Below are positions 16,341-32,160 of a stretch of 60,409 bases of DNA, one piece after another. The notes under the pieces are model-generated. The model did no database searches. It had not been told where the DNA came from and was given only the letters and a program-made list of their open reading frames with translations. The translations under genes and the position numbers were made by a program. Position 1 is the first letter of the stretch. Every line of letters begins with the position of its first letter. The DNA comes from Eledone cirrhosa. Lineage: Eukaryota. The DNA lies in the NCBI GenBank assembly GCA_964016885.1, contig CAXHJY010001647.1, positions 1 through 60,409 on the forward strand, in the 5' to 3' direction.

Positions 16341-16395
16341 TATACATATTTTCACATATATATATATATACATATATTATATTATAATAATAAAT

Positions 16396-16458
<63 letters not shown>

Positions 16459-16464
<6 letters not shown>

Positions 16465-18048
16465 ACACATGCTAGACTAACACTTATTGAATTTCAGAAT
16501 GAATACTGGACCAGAAACACATATAGTAATCTATTTGATATTACTATGGGTTCAAGCGATTCCGCCCAAATTACTGATCTTGTGGGCCTCTTTCTCCTTT
16601 TCAACATAAATGCCTCCTTTCCCCACCTTAAAGGTGGTTTATATCGTGATGACTGTCTTCTTCTTTCCAACAACCTTAGCCTTTCAGAAATAGAAAAAAA
16701 CAAAAAGCATATTAGAACTTTCCTTAAAGACTATTATAGTCTTCATATTACTTTTGAAAAAACAAGTAAAGTAGTAAATTTCCTAGATATAACTTTAGAC
16801 TTAGCTACGGGTATCTACCAACCTTACCATAAACCCAACCAAAACTTACATTACATACACTCACAATCTAATCACCCTAAATCTATCCTTAAAAACCTTG
16901 CATATAATATATAACTTAGAATTTCTAACCTTTCTTCTAACCAAGATGTATTTGATAAAAATGCGACCTTCTATAACGAAGCTCTAGATAGAAGTGGCCA
17001 CAAAAATAGATTAGAATATATACCTTCTACTAAAAATACTAAAAACATACAACCTAATATTACCAACAAACACCAAATGAAAAGTACACACCTAAATGCC
17101 ACCCACACTATACCCCAAAATACCAAATCTTCTAATATAAAATATAGTAACTCTCAAAAAACTACTCATCATACAACTCTAATAAATATTAATAATAAAA
17201 CTCCTAATAAAAAAGATAAAACACCTAAATCTACAAATATAACTAAAAATGGTTGTGGTGAGATCATTAACATTAATCCTCCTAGTAAACATCACGATAC
17301 AACCTATAAAAATAATAAAAATAATAAACAACATAGAAACCGTAATAGACGGGTTACTTGGTATAATGCTCCATTTAATTTACAAATTAAGGATAATATT
17401 GCTAAAAAAATTTTTTATATCCTAGAGAAAAACTTCCCGCCAAACCACAAATACCATCAAATCTTAAATAGGTCTACAGTTAAATTCTCATACTCAACAA
17501 CAAATAACATAAAACAAAATATAAGTGCCTATAATGCATATAAATGTAAGAAAACCATAAGTATACCACCAATACATCAAACTAACCATAATATCTCCTC
17601 AAATACAGAATTAACGAAAGGTTGTAACTGTAGAAACAAAGCAAACTGCCCATTAAAAGGAAATTGTCTTGTTAACAACATAGTTTATAAATGTAATGTT
17701 AAAACTAAAGATTCTATTTGCTCATATATAGGAGCTACTTCTAACAATTTTAAGACAAGGTTTAATACCCACAAACATAGTTTTAAAAATGCCGCACTGG
17801 CTAATACAACATCTCTAGCAGAAAAATTCAATAGTTATAAAAATAAGAATATAGAATATGATTTGACCTGGAGTGTGCTCAAAAGAGCCACCCCTTATCA
17901 AAATAATAGAAATGAATGTAGATTATGTTCCCAAGAACTATTTGAAATAATGAAATCTAAGGATATCCTATTAAATAAACGACAGGAATTAATTATATCG
18001 TGTAATCATAAACTAAAAAAAACATTTAAATATTATAAACCTAATTAA
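16459..18048 (+). pseudogene. 5'-truncated Penelope-like RT + GIY-YIG endonuclease ORF with a premature stop at 16912-16914
   Basis: MGSSDSAQITDLVGL, GLYRDD, VNFLDITLDL, SNHP, CNCRNKANCPLKGNCL, NIVY...SYIG...FKTRFNTH. TAA where copy 2 has TCA. Confidence 0.92.
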
Positions 18049-19246
18049 TAACATTATTTTAGAAATTAATATATAATTTAATTTAAATGTTAGTTAACCT
18101 ATAAATTTAATTTAATTAAAATTCTACTACAGATGAGAATATAAAATATTGTGTAATCATAAATTGTGAAAAACCTTTTAATATTACTAATATATACTTA
18201 GTAATTTAATTTATAGATTAATTTTAATTTATTTAACCCTTTATTAAAATTCCTTTACAGATAAAATATAACAAAATATCGTGTATTCAATGACAGAGAA
18301 ATAATTTTTAGTATTATAGACCTAATTAATATACATTTTAGAAATATATTTATAATTTGGTTTTAAATTTGGTCAACCTAAAAATTTAATTTAATTGGCT
18401 TAAAATTAGTATCCTAATACAGACGGATTGCAGAGTGTCATGTAATCATAGAAAGGGATGGGTTTTGGATGTATACCTAGTTAATATATTCTTTGCAATT
18501 TTTGAAAAAATATGTATATGTATGTATATGTATGTATATATATATATGTATGTATATGTATATGTGTATGTATTAATTTTAATTTCTGTTTACATATAAT
18601 TATATTCTACTATTGATAAAATACAATATCTGTTTTATTTATTATATACCTAATTAACATATACTATAGAAATTAATATATAATTTTTAATTTAGTTAAC
18701 CTATAATTTATATTCTACTACCGATGTAATACTTTATTTGTTTTTTCCCTATTACTAAATTCATTTCCTAATATTGATACCATAACGTTAATAATTTTAA
18801 TTTAGTTATACTATAATTAATACTCTACTACTATTTAACTTCAAAATTCTGCTTCAAATATTATAAACCTAAGTAATTTACACCTTAGAAATCAATATAT
18901 TAACTATCTTTAGTTTAGTTAACCTATAATTAATGGTATACTTATATTGAAATGCATAATTTTGCCTTCTTTCTTGCATTTCCTAATACTGAAACTATGT
19001 AAACACATATTGAGATCCAAATACAGATTAATATTCTATGTTTCTTGAAACATATATTTACTATAATCCCCTTCTCCCCCCCCCCCTTTCCCCCCCTACT
19101 ATTATTATTTGTATTTGTAAGCGTGTATGTATGTATATGTAGGTAGGTGTATATATGTTTGGGTGTTTATTTGTAAGTATAAAAATACATATATGCGCAT
19201 GCAAATAAGGGTGTATGATTGTGTGTATATATATATATATATATAT

Positions 19247-19284
<38 letters not shown>

Positions 19285-19525
19285 ATGTGTGTGTATGCGT
19301 GTATGTGTATGTATATATATATATGTGTGTATGTATGTGTGTGTATATATGTGTATGTATATGTATGTCTCTCTATATATATATGTGTATCTTTGTATCT
19401 ATGTGGGTATATGTGTGTATGTACATGTATGCACATGTATATGTCTATGTGTATATGTGTGTATGTGTATATGTGTACGTATGTGCGCATATATATGTGA
19501 GTGTGTGTATGTATATATATATGTA

Positions 19526-19563
<38 letters not shown>

Positions 19564-19616
19564 ATTTATTATTATAATATAATATATGTATATATATATA
19601 TATGTGAAAATATGTA

Positions 19617-19648
<32 letters not shown>

Positions 19649-19802
19649 CATATATGTATATGTATGTGTGTGCATATTTGTCTGACTGTGTATTAATTTT
19701 TTTTTATTTTTTTATTTTTTTTTTTATATATATGTATGTGTATGTATGTATGTATGTATGTGTGTGCATGTCTATATATGTGTGTGTGTATGTGTATGTA
19801 TG

Positions 19803-19860
<58 letters not shown>

Positions 19861-19960
19861 TATATACATGTATGTGTGTCTTTGTGTGTGTGTATATATA
19901 TGTATGTATGTGTGTATGTATGTGTTTGTATGTGTGTTTATGCTTGTACGTGTGTGTGGG

Positions 19961-19993
<33 letters not shown>

Positions 19994-20293
19994 GTGTATA
20001 TGTATCTCTATTTATATGTGTATATATGTATATGTATATACCTTTTTCTTTGTATGTCTGAATTGTGTGAGCGTGTAGTGGTGTTTGTATGTATATACGC
20101 ATATATGGATGTGTATGTATTTGTATATATGCGTATATGTAAGTGCGTATGTGTGTGTGAGTATATATCTATGTCTATGTATGAGTATGTATGTGTGTGT
20201 ATGTATGTGTGTGTGTATGTGTGTATGTATATGTGTGTGTATATATATGTATGTATATGTATGTATGTATGTATATATGTATGTATATGTATA

Positions 20294-20324
<31 letters not shown>

Positions 20325-20621
20325 TTATTATATGTGTGTGTGTGTGTGTGTATATATATCTTTATATATGTGTATGTGTATGTATGTGTAGGTGTGTGTG
20401 TGTGTGAGTATATATGTATGTGTGTATATGTGTATGTATGTGTATGTATGTGTATATATATATATATATATATATGTGTGTATGTGTATGTGTGTATGTG
20501 TGTATATATATATATATTTATGTATATATATATATATATATGTGGGTATGTATGTGTATGTGTGTATATATATGAGTGTATTTATATATATATATGTATG
20601 TAGGTGTGACTATATATATGC

Positions 20622-20671
<50 letters not shown>

Positions 20672-20731
20672 ATGTATATGTGTGTATATGTATGAGTGTG
20701 TATATATATACGAGTGTTGTGAGTGTATATA

Positions 20732-20798
<67 letters not shown>

Positions 20799-20842
20799 GT
20801 ATATATATATATATGTATGCGTGTATGTGTATATGTGTGTAA

Positions 20843-20882
<40 letters not shown>

Positions 20883-21252
20883 TTATGTGTGTATGTGTCT
20901 ATGTATTTATATGTGTATATGTATGTGTCTCTATATGTATGCGTCTATGTATGTGTATGTGTATTTATATGGTATGTGTATGTATATGTATGTGTTTATA
21001 TATATGTGTATGTATATGTATGTATATGTATGTGTGTGTATGCGTGTGTATTTATTTATGTCTATATGTATGTATATCGATGTATACTTTATATTTTACT
21101 TGTTTGTATATATATATGTGTGTGTATGTATATGTGTATGTATATATATGTGTGTGTATATATGTATGTGTATATATATATGTATGTGTGTATATATGTG
21201 TATATATATATGTATATGTATATATATGTGTGTGTGTGTGTGTGTATGTGTG

Positions 21253-21290
<38 letters not shown>

Positions 21291-21887
21291 CTTGATATAT
21301 TTCTTTTTTCTTTTTTCTTTTCTTTTTATTTCTAAGTTTATAGATACATCTATAAATAGGCAGTCTGCCGAAACCGTTGAATACTGACCTCTCCCCCCCT
21401 CCCACCTAATTTCTGTACCCTGATCTAAATGTGTGTGGCAGTGTTTATGTGCGTGCATTAATGTCCATATGCTTATGATAATACTATATGCACATATATA
21501 TGTGTGTGGGGGTGTGTGTGTGTATGTATGTTCGTAGTTATGTGTATGTTTATGCATATACGCGCGTGTGTGTGTGAGTGTACGAATATGTGTGAGTATA
21601 TGAATGTGTCTATACATTTATTTCATATTTATGTGTCTATACGCATTTTATCTGTGGATTATAGACTTACAGAGACATTAGCCTTGAATTTTTGTATTTG
21701 CATACATCTTTTTGGCATGCGTATGCATGTGAACATATATCTTTATGTAAATATGTGTACGAAGTTAATTACATGTATATACACACACCAAACTGCATAA
21801 AATTTTTTGTATTTTCATTGGTCAATTTGAACTCTGTTCCCAAACGGACCTGAAATTTTGAATTGTTGTTATTATCAATAAATATAT

Positions 21888-22042
21888 TTCATTATTTCTG
21901 AAGACGGCATATATATGTGTTTGGTATGTATATTTAATTTTGATAGTTTGTATAATTTTGTATAATTTTGTACATAGATCTGTTGAATATGCATGCCAAT
22001 TCTAACACATATATATCCTAGAAACGATCGTTAAATAATGAA
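21888..22042 (+). ncRNA. PLE type I hammerhead ribozyme with 116-nt stem II
   Basis: TTCATTATTT-CTGAAGA-[116-nt hairpin]-GAAA-CgatcG-TT/AAATAATGAA. 10-bp stem I, palindromic stem III ACGATCGT, GUU triplet (cut after 22032). Confidence 0.8.
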
Positions 22043-22240
22043 CTTTTTTGTTTTAATATAAGGAACTGTTTCATTGTTTTATTCATTATTTTTTTAATAT
22101 TTTATCTTGACTCTGTATTCCGTTTATCTTTCACCGAAAGTGATTTTTCATTGCATCTCTTCTTTCCATGATATCCGGATTACATTGAGTTCTTCATACG
22201 GATTGGACACTACCGTAAACTCTTGGTAGATTTATCTACA

Positions 22241-22928
<688 letters not shown>

Positions 22929-23004
22929 TTCTCTTTTACTCTTTTACCTGTTTCAGCCATCCGGCTGAGGCCATGCTGGGGCACCGCCCTTGTTGCTTCA
23001 CATT

Positions 23005-26000
23005 TTATCTCCAGCCTGTATAGGTTGGCCACTGGTGTAGGAGGGAGTTTGTTGCTGCTGCCCTTAGGTTTCCCTCGTGTCTTGCTGTGGGCTCATCCGG
23101 GATCCTGGATAACAAGGTGTCGAGATGTTTCTTAAAGACATCCACCTCCACGTCATGCAAGTCTCGCAGATGCCTCGGCAGCCTGTTGAAGAGTTGAGGG
23201 CCCTTGAATCCCAGGCTATTGCAATACCTGCTCCTTATTCTAGATGTGGAAGACGGGACCTTTGGCACCACACAGTGACGTCCTGTTCGACGGTTGGTCC
23301 AGCTCCCAATGCCAAAGTTTGGTGCTAGTCCCTCCAGGATTTTCCACATGTAGATCACTGCGTATCTCTCCCGTCTTCGCTCCAAGGAGTAGAGGTTCAG
23401 TTCCTTCAGCCTCTCCCAGTAGCTTGTCTCCCTCATCTTGGCAATCCTCTTGGTGTAGCTTCGCTGGATTGCCTCAAGCTCTGTGGTTAGTTTGACACTA
23501 TGGGGTGACCACAGCTGGGAGCAGTAGTCCAGGCGGCCCAGGACAAAAGTCCTCCACAGTGTCAACATGGTGTCTCGATCTCTTGTAAGGAAAGTCCTCA
23601 AGATCCAGCCAGCGAATCGTCTACATGCTGTCGCCACCTTCATGATGTGTGAAGAAAAAGATGCATCATCGCTCATGTCTATGCCCAGGTCTCGTATCGA
23701 TTTTGACACGGGGATATCGGTCCCTCCTGGTCCTGTGTAGCTGTGTTCCGCTATATTTGTGTTTGTGTTTGCAGGTTTGTATTGTAGGGCTTGAAATTTG
23801 CCAGCATTAAACTGCATGTTGTTTTCTTCCGCCCATCTGTATATGGCATCCAGATCCTGCTGTAAGAGGGCAGCGTCAGCCGGGTTTTTGATTGCCTGTG
23901 CTACCTTAGTGTCATCAGCATAGCTAGTGAGGGATGTTGTTGCATGCACCACAGAGGGCATGTCCGAGAGAGCCACCAAAAACAGTAGTGGTCCCAGGAC
24001 TGTCCCCTGAGGCACCCCACTTGTTATCGGTGTTTCCCTCGAGAGGGCCCCATTTGCTGCGACTGCCTGGCTTCTGTCCCTCAGGAAGCCATGCAGCCAC
24101 TCACCTACTTTTCCAGTTATGCCGAGTCCGTGTAGTTTGTGACATATCATTCCGTGGTCGACCTTGTCAAAGGCCTTCGCAAAGTCAAGATATATCACGT
24201 CTACATGTGAGCTGTCTAGTAGCTGTCTCAGTACCCAGTCGTAGTGATGTAGCAGCTGTGTAAGGCAGCTTCTTCCTGGGCGGAAGCCATGTTGCGTGCT
24301 AGTCAGGCGGTCATTTTCTTCGAGGAAAGTGATTAGTTTCTTTCTGATGACTCGCTCCATGACCTTACTGATATGCGACGTCAGGGAGACTGGCCTATAG
24401 TTCTTGGCCTCCGCTCTACTACCTCCTTTATGGATAGGGCATATTGTGCCTTCTTTCAGCTCCCTGGGTAGTACACCGCTAGCCAAGGAGCTTCTGAAGA
24501 GCATCTTCAGTGGAGTTGCTAAGGCCCGCTTACATATTTTTAGGAGAACTGCTGGGAATCCATCAGGTCCAGCAGCCGAGTCTGTTCTAATTTCATCAAT
24601 GGCGTACACCACATCCTCCTCCGTTATGTCTATGTGGTTGATGGTTGCCATTTCTTGATGTAGTGTTGTGGCATCAAAGAACTCCTCTGGCTTCGTTATT
24701 TGCATGTGCCTCAGTGGACATGTGAAGACACTTTTGTACTGTTCGTTCAGTATTTCACATATCTCTTGGGGATTTTCGGTTAATGAACCGTCCGTGTGGA
24801 AGAGTGGTCCAATCTTGCAGTGTACTGAAGCAGTTTCTTTTGCAAATTTAAAGAAGGCCTTAGGGTTTGTTTTAATGTTTTCTATGGCCCTGTTCTCTTT
24901 CCTTGCCCTCTCATTCTCATGTGAAAGCTTGAGTGCAATCTCGGTGTCAAGTAGTGCACGTTTCAAATAGGATTCCTTCTTGTTTTGGTTTTGTTGACTA
25001 TTCAACTGGTTTGAGAGTTTAGTTCTACGTCTCATAAGGATTTTCCTATCTCTGGGAATAAGATTTTTGTGTCTGTTTGCCTCTTTCTCCGGGACACACT
25101 TTTTGCATATGGTGTGTATCGTTGTCATGAAGTGTTGAAATTGTGTGTTAGTGTCTTGTGTGGCGATGTTTGCACTCCATGTTTGCTTCCGGATTTCACT
25201 CTTAATCTTCTTCCAGTCAGCCCCGTAGAAGTTAAGGCTGGATAGCGTCCCGGAGCTTCTTGGTGGTTTTGTCTCTGTTGGTTCTCTTGGACCACATATC
25301 ATTAGCTCTACCAAGTTATGATCCGAGAGAATTGTTGGTGTCACCTTTACATTGTGGATGAGCACTTCGTTGTTTGTAAAACAGAGGTCCAGGACATTTT
25401 CGCCTCTTGTTGGGAGGAGTATTGCTTGCTCCATGAACAGCCTGTGTGTGAGGGCCAGCAGGGATTCCGTCTGTCTCTGTTCTATTGACGTCATTCCAGG
25501 GAGGAGGTGGCCCTCAGGCCATTTGACCTTTGGTAGGTTGAAGTCTCCCAGCAGTAGGATGTTGAGACCCTGGTCCAGTTTGTCAAGGACCTCTTCTATC
25601 CTACTTAGGCTATCCTCAAATTTACCCTCATGACTGGGGGCATCGGGCGGCCGATATGTGACACATATTACCGTCTGTAGTTGCTTCATATGTATTATCA
25701 GTGTGTCACAGACTGAGTTTGAATGTGTCAACAGTACAATTGGTGTGACATCTTCACGGATATACAGAGCAACCCCACCATGAGTTCTCTCCTTCCTGTC
25801 CGAACGAAATACAGTATATTTCGGTATATGTATTTCTGCATCTGCTATACTGCTTGTCAGGTGCGTTTCGGTTAGTGCCATGCATAGTGCTTGATTGCTT
25901 ATGGCTAAGTCTCCCAGGTAGGAAATTTTACTCATGTTGCTGAGTTTCACCAGGCCCCTGACATTCAGCAGCAGCACTGGTGTGACTTTTGGGGTGCCAG

Positions 26001-26046
26001 TAATGGCTGTCGGTATGACCCCTGGTCTGGTGTCAGCGGCGGCCAC
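23005..26046 (-). CDS. CR1-group LINE ORF2: APE endonuclease + reverse transcriptase (no ATG before the APE domain; probably reached by frameshift)
   Basis: [77 protein letters not shown]-terminal [19 protein letters not shown]. Confidence 0.93.
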   Translation of the reverse strand: MAAADTRPGVIPTAITGTPKVTPVLLLNVRGLVKLSNMSKISYLGDLAISNQALCMALTETHLTSSIADAEIHIPKYTVFRSDRKERTHGGVALYIREDVTPIVLLTHSNSVCDTLIIHMKQLQTVICVTYRPPDAPSHEGKFEDSLSRIEEVLDKLDQGLNILLLGDFNLPKVKWPEGHLLPGMTSIEQRQTESLLALTHRLFMEQAILLPTRGENVLDLCFTNNEVLIHNVKVTPTILSDHNLVELMICGPREPTETKPPRSSGTLSSLNFYGADWKKIKSEIRKQTWSANIATQDTNTQFQHFMTTIHTICKKCVPEKEANRHKNLIPRDRKILMRRRTKLSNQLNSQQNQNKKESYLKRALLDTEIALKLSHENERARKENRAIENIKTNPKAFFKFAKETASVHCKIGPLFHTDGSLTENPQEICEILNEQYKSVFTCPLRHMQITKPEEFFDATTLHQEMATINHIDITEEDVVYAIDEIRTDSAAGPDGFPAVLLKICKRALATPLKMLFRSSLASGVLPRELKEGTICPIHKGGSRAEAKNYRPVSLTSHISKVMERVIRKKLITFLEENDRLTSTQHGFRPGRSCLTQLLHHYDWVLRQLLDSSHVDVIYLDFAKAFDKVDHGMICHKLHGLGITGKVGEWLHGFLRDRSQAVAANGALSRETPITSGVPQGTVLGPLLFLVALSDMPSVVHATTSLTSYADDTKVAQAIKNPADAALLQQDLDAIYRWAEENNMQFNAGKFQALQYKPANTNTNIAEHSYTGPGGTDIPVSKSIRDLGIDMSDDASFSSHIMKVATACRRFAGWILRTFLTRDRDTMLTLWRTFVLGRLDYCSQLWSPHSVKLTTELEAIQRSYTKRIAKMRETSYWERLKELNLYSLERRRERYAVIYMWKILEGLAPNFGIGSWTNRRTGRHCVVPKVPSSTSRIRSRYCNSLGFKGPQLFNRLPRHLRDLHDVEVDVFKKHLDTLLSRIPDEPTARHEGNLRAAATNSLLHQWPTYTGWR

Positions 26047-26927
26047 TCTGGGTCCCTTAACTGCGGTGGTCTCGAGTGCTGGTGTGGATGACCCTGGCTC
26101 TGGAGACGATGCAGCCAGGTCAGCTGTCCCACAATCTTCTCTGCCATCACTAAAAAATTTTTCTGATCTGCTGCTGCCATCTGTATCTCGTCGGCATGTG
26201 CGTGCCTTCTCCTTGTTGGTGCAGCACGCGCGACATCAGCATACTTCTGGAGCGGCTTATTTCGGCTTTGGCTGGGGCATGTTGCGCGAGTATGATGGGC
26301 ATAGTTCGTTTGAGACCTAGGGTGGGCGAATCTGCATCCCATCCCTGTCTCTCCATGCCAGCATGTCCCGTTCTTGAAAAACTTGCACATTACTTGGTGT
26401 TTTTTGCTCCCAGTGTCTCGGTGCTTTCTGTTCTTTCTTTGAACAGTTGTCCACTGGTCCCTCTGCGCTTGGTTCTCCTTCGGAAGGTGATTTCGCTTTT
26501 CACCTTTGCCCTTAGCTTGTTGGTTGCCCGGCCTGCCCTCCCTGCCTGTAGCGGAGGGTATATCATTTTCTTTCAGGTCCGTGCTTGTGCTCTCCTCCTT
26601 TTCTTTTTCCCTTTCCTTTTCCTCTTCCTTTTCCCTCTCCTTCTCCTCATCCCTCCCTTCGGTTTTCTCCTCCCTGAGGACACGGCTTAGCATCGCCATA
26701 TGAGGCGCTATGAGGACATACGCCTTCTCAATTTCTTTTCTCTTTCTCTCTATCTGTACCAGGGTCCTCATAAACCCATGGCTCTTCAGGTTCTCCGCCA
26801 TCTTTTTGCTTGGTGGAGACCCATCAGCCATAGTCCACCCCTTGATCAAAACCGCTAGTTCAATCTTCGACCAGTTTCGCTGACTCCTGATTTCACATTT
26901 TTCCCATTTTTCCTGCATGCAGTCCAT
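25965..26927 (-). CDS. LINE ORF1 (~320 aa from MDCMQEK): Myb/SANT-like N-terminus, charged linker, CCCH Zn finger
   Basis: WSKIELAVLIKGW...KKMAENLKSHGFMRTLVQIERKRK; CKFFKNGTCWHGETGMGCRFAHP. The upstream 118 codons of the listed ORF are CT-repeat 5' UTR. Confidence 0.75.
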   Translation of the reverse strand: MDCMQEKWEKCEIRSQRNWSKIELAVLIKGWTMADGSPPSKKMAENLKSHGFMRTLVQIERKRKEIEKAYVLIAPHMAMLSRVLREEKTEGRDEEKEREKEEEKEREKEKEESTSTDLKENDIPSATGREGRPGNQQAKGKGEKRNHLPKENQAQRDQWTTVQRKNRKHRDTGSKKHQVMCKFFKNGTCWHGETGMGCRFAHPRSQTNYAHHTRATCPSQSRNKPLQKYADVARAAPTRRRHAHADEIQMAAADQKNFLVMAEKIVGQLTWLHRLQSQGHPHQHSRPPQLRDPEWPPLTPDQGSYRQPLLAPQKSHQCCC

Positions 26928-27812
26928 TTCGCTGTGGAGGGGAGACAGAGGGACAGTGGGAGGTGTAGAGTAGAGGTTAGAGAGGGACAGAGTGAGGGAG
27001 GGAGATAGAGATATAACTCCAGCGAGAGAAAAAGAGAAACAGAAGAAAAGAAAAGAAAAGGGGGAGACAGAAGAGGGGAGCGAGAGAGATAGCGGGAAGA
27101 GTGGGGGGGGGTCAGAGGGAGAGAGAGAAGATAGATAGAGAGAGAGAGAGAGAGAGCTCGTTGATCTAGAGAGAGGGAGAAAGAGAGCTCGTTGATCGAG
27201 AGAGAGAGAGGGGGAGAGAGAGAGAGAGAGAGGAAGGAGAGAGATAGAGACAGCGTGAGAGCGTGAGCAACTGCAGTTCATAAATATAAAAATAAATTTT
27301 TAAATCTAAATTTAAATTAATGAATGGGAGAAACCGGAAACAGAGATATAGAAACACGATGTAAATGTCTGTTTACAAATATACGGAGTTATTGTAATAT
27401 CAGCATATCATACAAGAAACAACGAAATCGGGTCAAATACAGATAAGATTATACAAAATCAAACAAGATTATATCAAATTAAATTATGTTACTCAGAAAT
27501 ATCAAAGTTAATACAAAATTGCTTAAGCTAAACCAAAATGCTCTGTATGAAACAAAAATAGAAAGCACGTGTGTGTGTTGTCTCCCATGAATGAATCATA
27601 CAGTGAAAATAAACATGTTCAAAACGGTAATATATGTAAAATATACTTCAAAATAATTGCGACAAAGCACAAAACTTATCTTTTTTGTATGTTTTCCTTG
27701 TCCTCTGAAGAATTAAAACCATACATAAATCCGATTACTGTCGATTTAAAATATTAAAATTTCAAATCCGGAGAGACGACAATCCACATCTTATACCAAC
27801 AAGTGCCAAGCC

Positions 27813-29780
<1,968 letters not shown>

Positions 29781-29973
29781 TGTATATAAATCTACCAAGA
29801 GTTTACGGTAGTGTCCAATCCGTATGAAGAACTCAATGTATTCCGGATATCATGGAAAGAAGAGATGTAATGAAAATCCAATTTCGGTGAAAGATAAACG
29901 GTATACAGAGTCAAGATAAAATATTAAACAAATAATGAACAAACAATTCCTTATATTAAACAAAAAAAAATAG

Positions 29974-32160
29974 TATAAAAAGTATAAATCAGTCTTTCAA
30001 AAGGACCTTGATTCTACCCTATTGGACCTAAAAAAGTCTAAAAAAATCCATGTCCACTCGGACAAAACTGGTAACTTGTATCATATGGATATTGAACATT
30101 ATAATGAGTTCATATATAAAGAACTCAGAAAAAATTATAAAAAATCTAATAATGCGTCACTCACCAACATCAACAACAAAACACACAACATAGTAAAAAA
30201 ACTAAATATTGAAGATAGAACTGAACCTTTGGCATTGAGAAGTCCACACTTCAACCTGAAAGATCACAAATCTAACTTTAACTCTAATCCTTCTATTAGA
30301 CTTATATGTCCCTCCAAATCAGATATTGGAATAATTAGCAAAAAAATTTTAGATAGAGTCATCCCACAAATAAGAAAATACGTTATTTTACCACTCTGGG
30401 AAAACACCTCCCAGGTAATTAATTGGTTTAAAAATATTAGGTGTAAATCTTCTGCTTCTTTCCTACAGTTTGATATAGATAATTATTATTCTTCTATATC
30501 ACCCATACTCCTGAACAAAGCATTAATATTTGCTAAAAATAGATCTAATTTAACTTCGGATGACATTAACATTATTACACATGCTAGACAAACACTTATT
30601 GAATTTCAGAATGAATACTGGACCAGAAACACTTATAGTAATCTTTTTGATATTACTATGGGTTCAAGCGATTCTGCCCAAATTACTGATCTTGTGGGCC
30701 TCTTTCTCCTTTTCAACATAAATGCCTCTTTTCCCCACCTCAAAGGTGGTTTATATCGTGATGACTGTCTTCTTCTTTCTAACAACCTTAGCCTTTCAGA
30801 AATAGAAAAAAACAAAAAGCATATTAGAACTTTCCTTAAAGACTATTATAATCTTAATATTACTTTTGAAAAAACAAGTAAAGTAGTAAATTTCCTAGAT
30901 ATAACTTTAGATTTAGCTACGGGTATATACCAACCTTACCATAAACCTAACCAAAACTTACATTACATACACTCACAATCTAATCACCCTAAATCTATCC
31001 TTAAAAACCTTGCATATAATATATCACTTAGAATTTCTAACCTTTCTTCTAACCAAGATGTATTTGATAAAAATGCGACCTTTTATAATGAAGCTCTAGA
31101 TAGAAGTGGCCACAAAAATAGATTAGAGTATATACCTTCTACTAAAAATACTGAAAGCATACAGCATAATATTACCAACAAACACCAAATGAAAAGTACA
31201 CACCTAAATGCCACCCACAGTATACCCCAAAATACTAAATCTTCTAATATAAAGTATAGTAACCCTCAAAAAACTACTCATCATAAGACTATAATAAATA
31301 TTAATAATAAAACTCCTAATAAAAAAGATAAAACATCTAAATCTACAAATATAACTAAAAATAGTTGTGGTGAGATCATTAACATTATTCCTCCTAGTAA
31401 AAATCATGATACAACATATAAAAATAATAAAAATAATAAACAACATAGAAACCGTAATAGACGAGTTACTTGGTATAATGCTCCTTTTAATTTACAAGTT
31501 AAGGATAATATTGCTAAAAAATTTTTTTATATCCTTGAGAAAAACTTCCCGCCAAACCACAAATACCATCAAATCTTAAATAGGTCTACAGTTAAATTCT
31601 CATATTCTACAACAAATAACATAAAACAAAATATAAGTGCATATAATGCATATAAATGTAAGAAAACTATAAGTATACCACCAGTACATCAAATTAACAA
31701 TAATATCTCCTCAAATACAGAATTAACGAAAGGATGTAACTGTAGAAACAAAACAAACTGCCCATTAAAAGGGAATTGTCTTGTTAACAACATAGTCTAT
31801 AAATGTAATGTTAAAACTAAAGATTCTATTTGCTCATATATATGAGCTACCTCTAACAATTTTAAGACAAGGTATAATACCCACAAACATAGCTTTAAAA
31901 ATGCCGCACTGGCTAATACAACATCTCTAGCAGAAAAAATCAATAGTTATAAAAATAAAAATATAAAATATGATTTGACCTGGGGTGTGCTCAAAAGAGC
32001 CACCCCTTATCAAAATAATAGAAAGGAATGTAGATTATGTTCCCAGGAACTATTTGAAATAATGAAGTCTAGGGATATCTTATTAAATAAAAGACAGGAA
32101 TTAATTATATCGTGTAATCATAAACTAAAAAAAACATTTAAATATTATAAACCTAATTAA
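29974..32160 (+). pseudogene. 5'-truncated Penelope-like RT + GIY-YIG ORF with a premature stop at 31843-31845
   Basis: SDKTGNLY, LKDHK, RLICPSKSDIG, QFDIDNYYSSI, GLYRDD, CNCR..CPL. The YIG glycine codon GGA of copy 1 is TGA here, and the frame continues to 32160. Confidence 0.93.

Larger units (their letters stand above)
13848..22240 (+). mobile_element. Penelope-like element copy 1: inverted 5' arm + 5'-truncated ORF + ~4.2-kb 3' terminal region
   Basis: 13848-~16458 is the reverse complement of ~19540-22105. ORF remnant 16459-18048. HHR near the 3' end. Terminal hairpin GTAGATttATCTAC followed by (TA)n. Confidence 0.9.
22929..27812 (-). mobile_element. CR1-group LINE, apparently full length (5' boundary uncertain, 27270-27812)
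   Basis: CT-rich 5' UTR, ORF1, overlapping ORF2 (APE+RT), short 3' UTR with hairpin and (TAAAAGAG)n tail, flanked by (TA)n. Confidence 0.85.

Noticed and set aside
26928-27281. N-terminal 118 codons of the listed 438-aa ORF
   Set aside because: Translation of the CT-rich 5' UTR; ORF1 more plausibly starts at ATG 26927.
27705-27790. CTGAAGA upstream of the CR1-group LINE as a hammerhead core
   Set aside because: No correctly placed GAAA, stem III or stem I partner.
31843-31845. In-frame TGA in the PLE ORF as possible selenocysteine (reported for some PLE clades)
   Set aside because: It replaces the conserved Gly of YIG (GGA in copy 1), not a Cys; a simple nonsense mutation is more likely.
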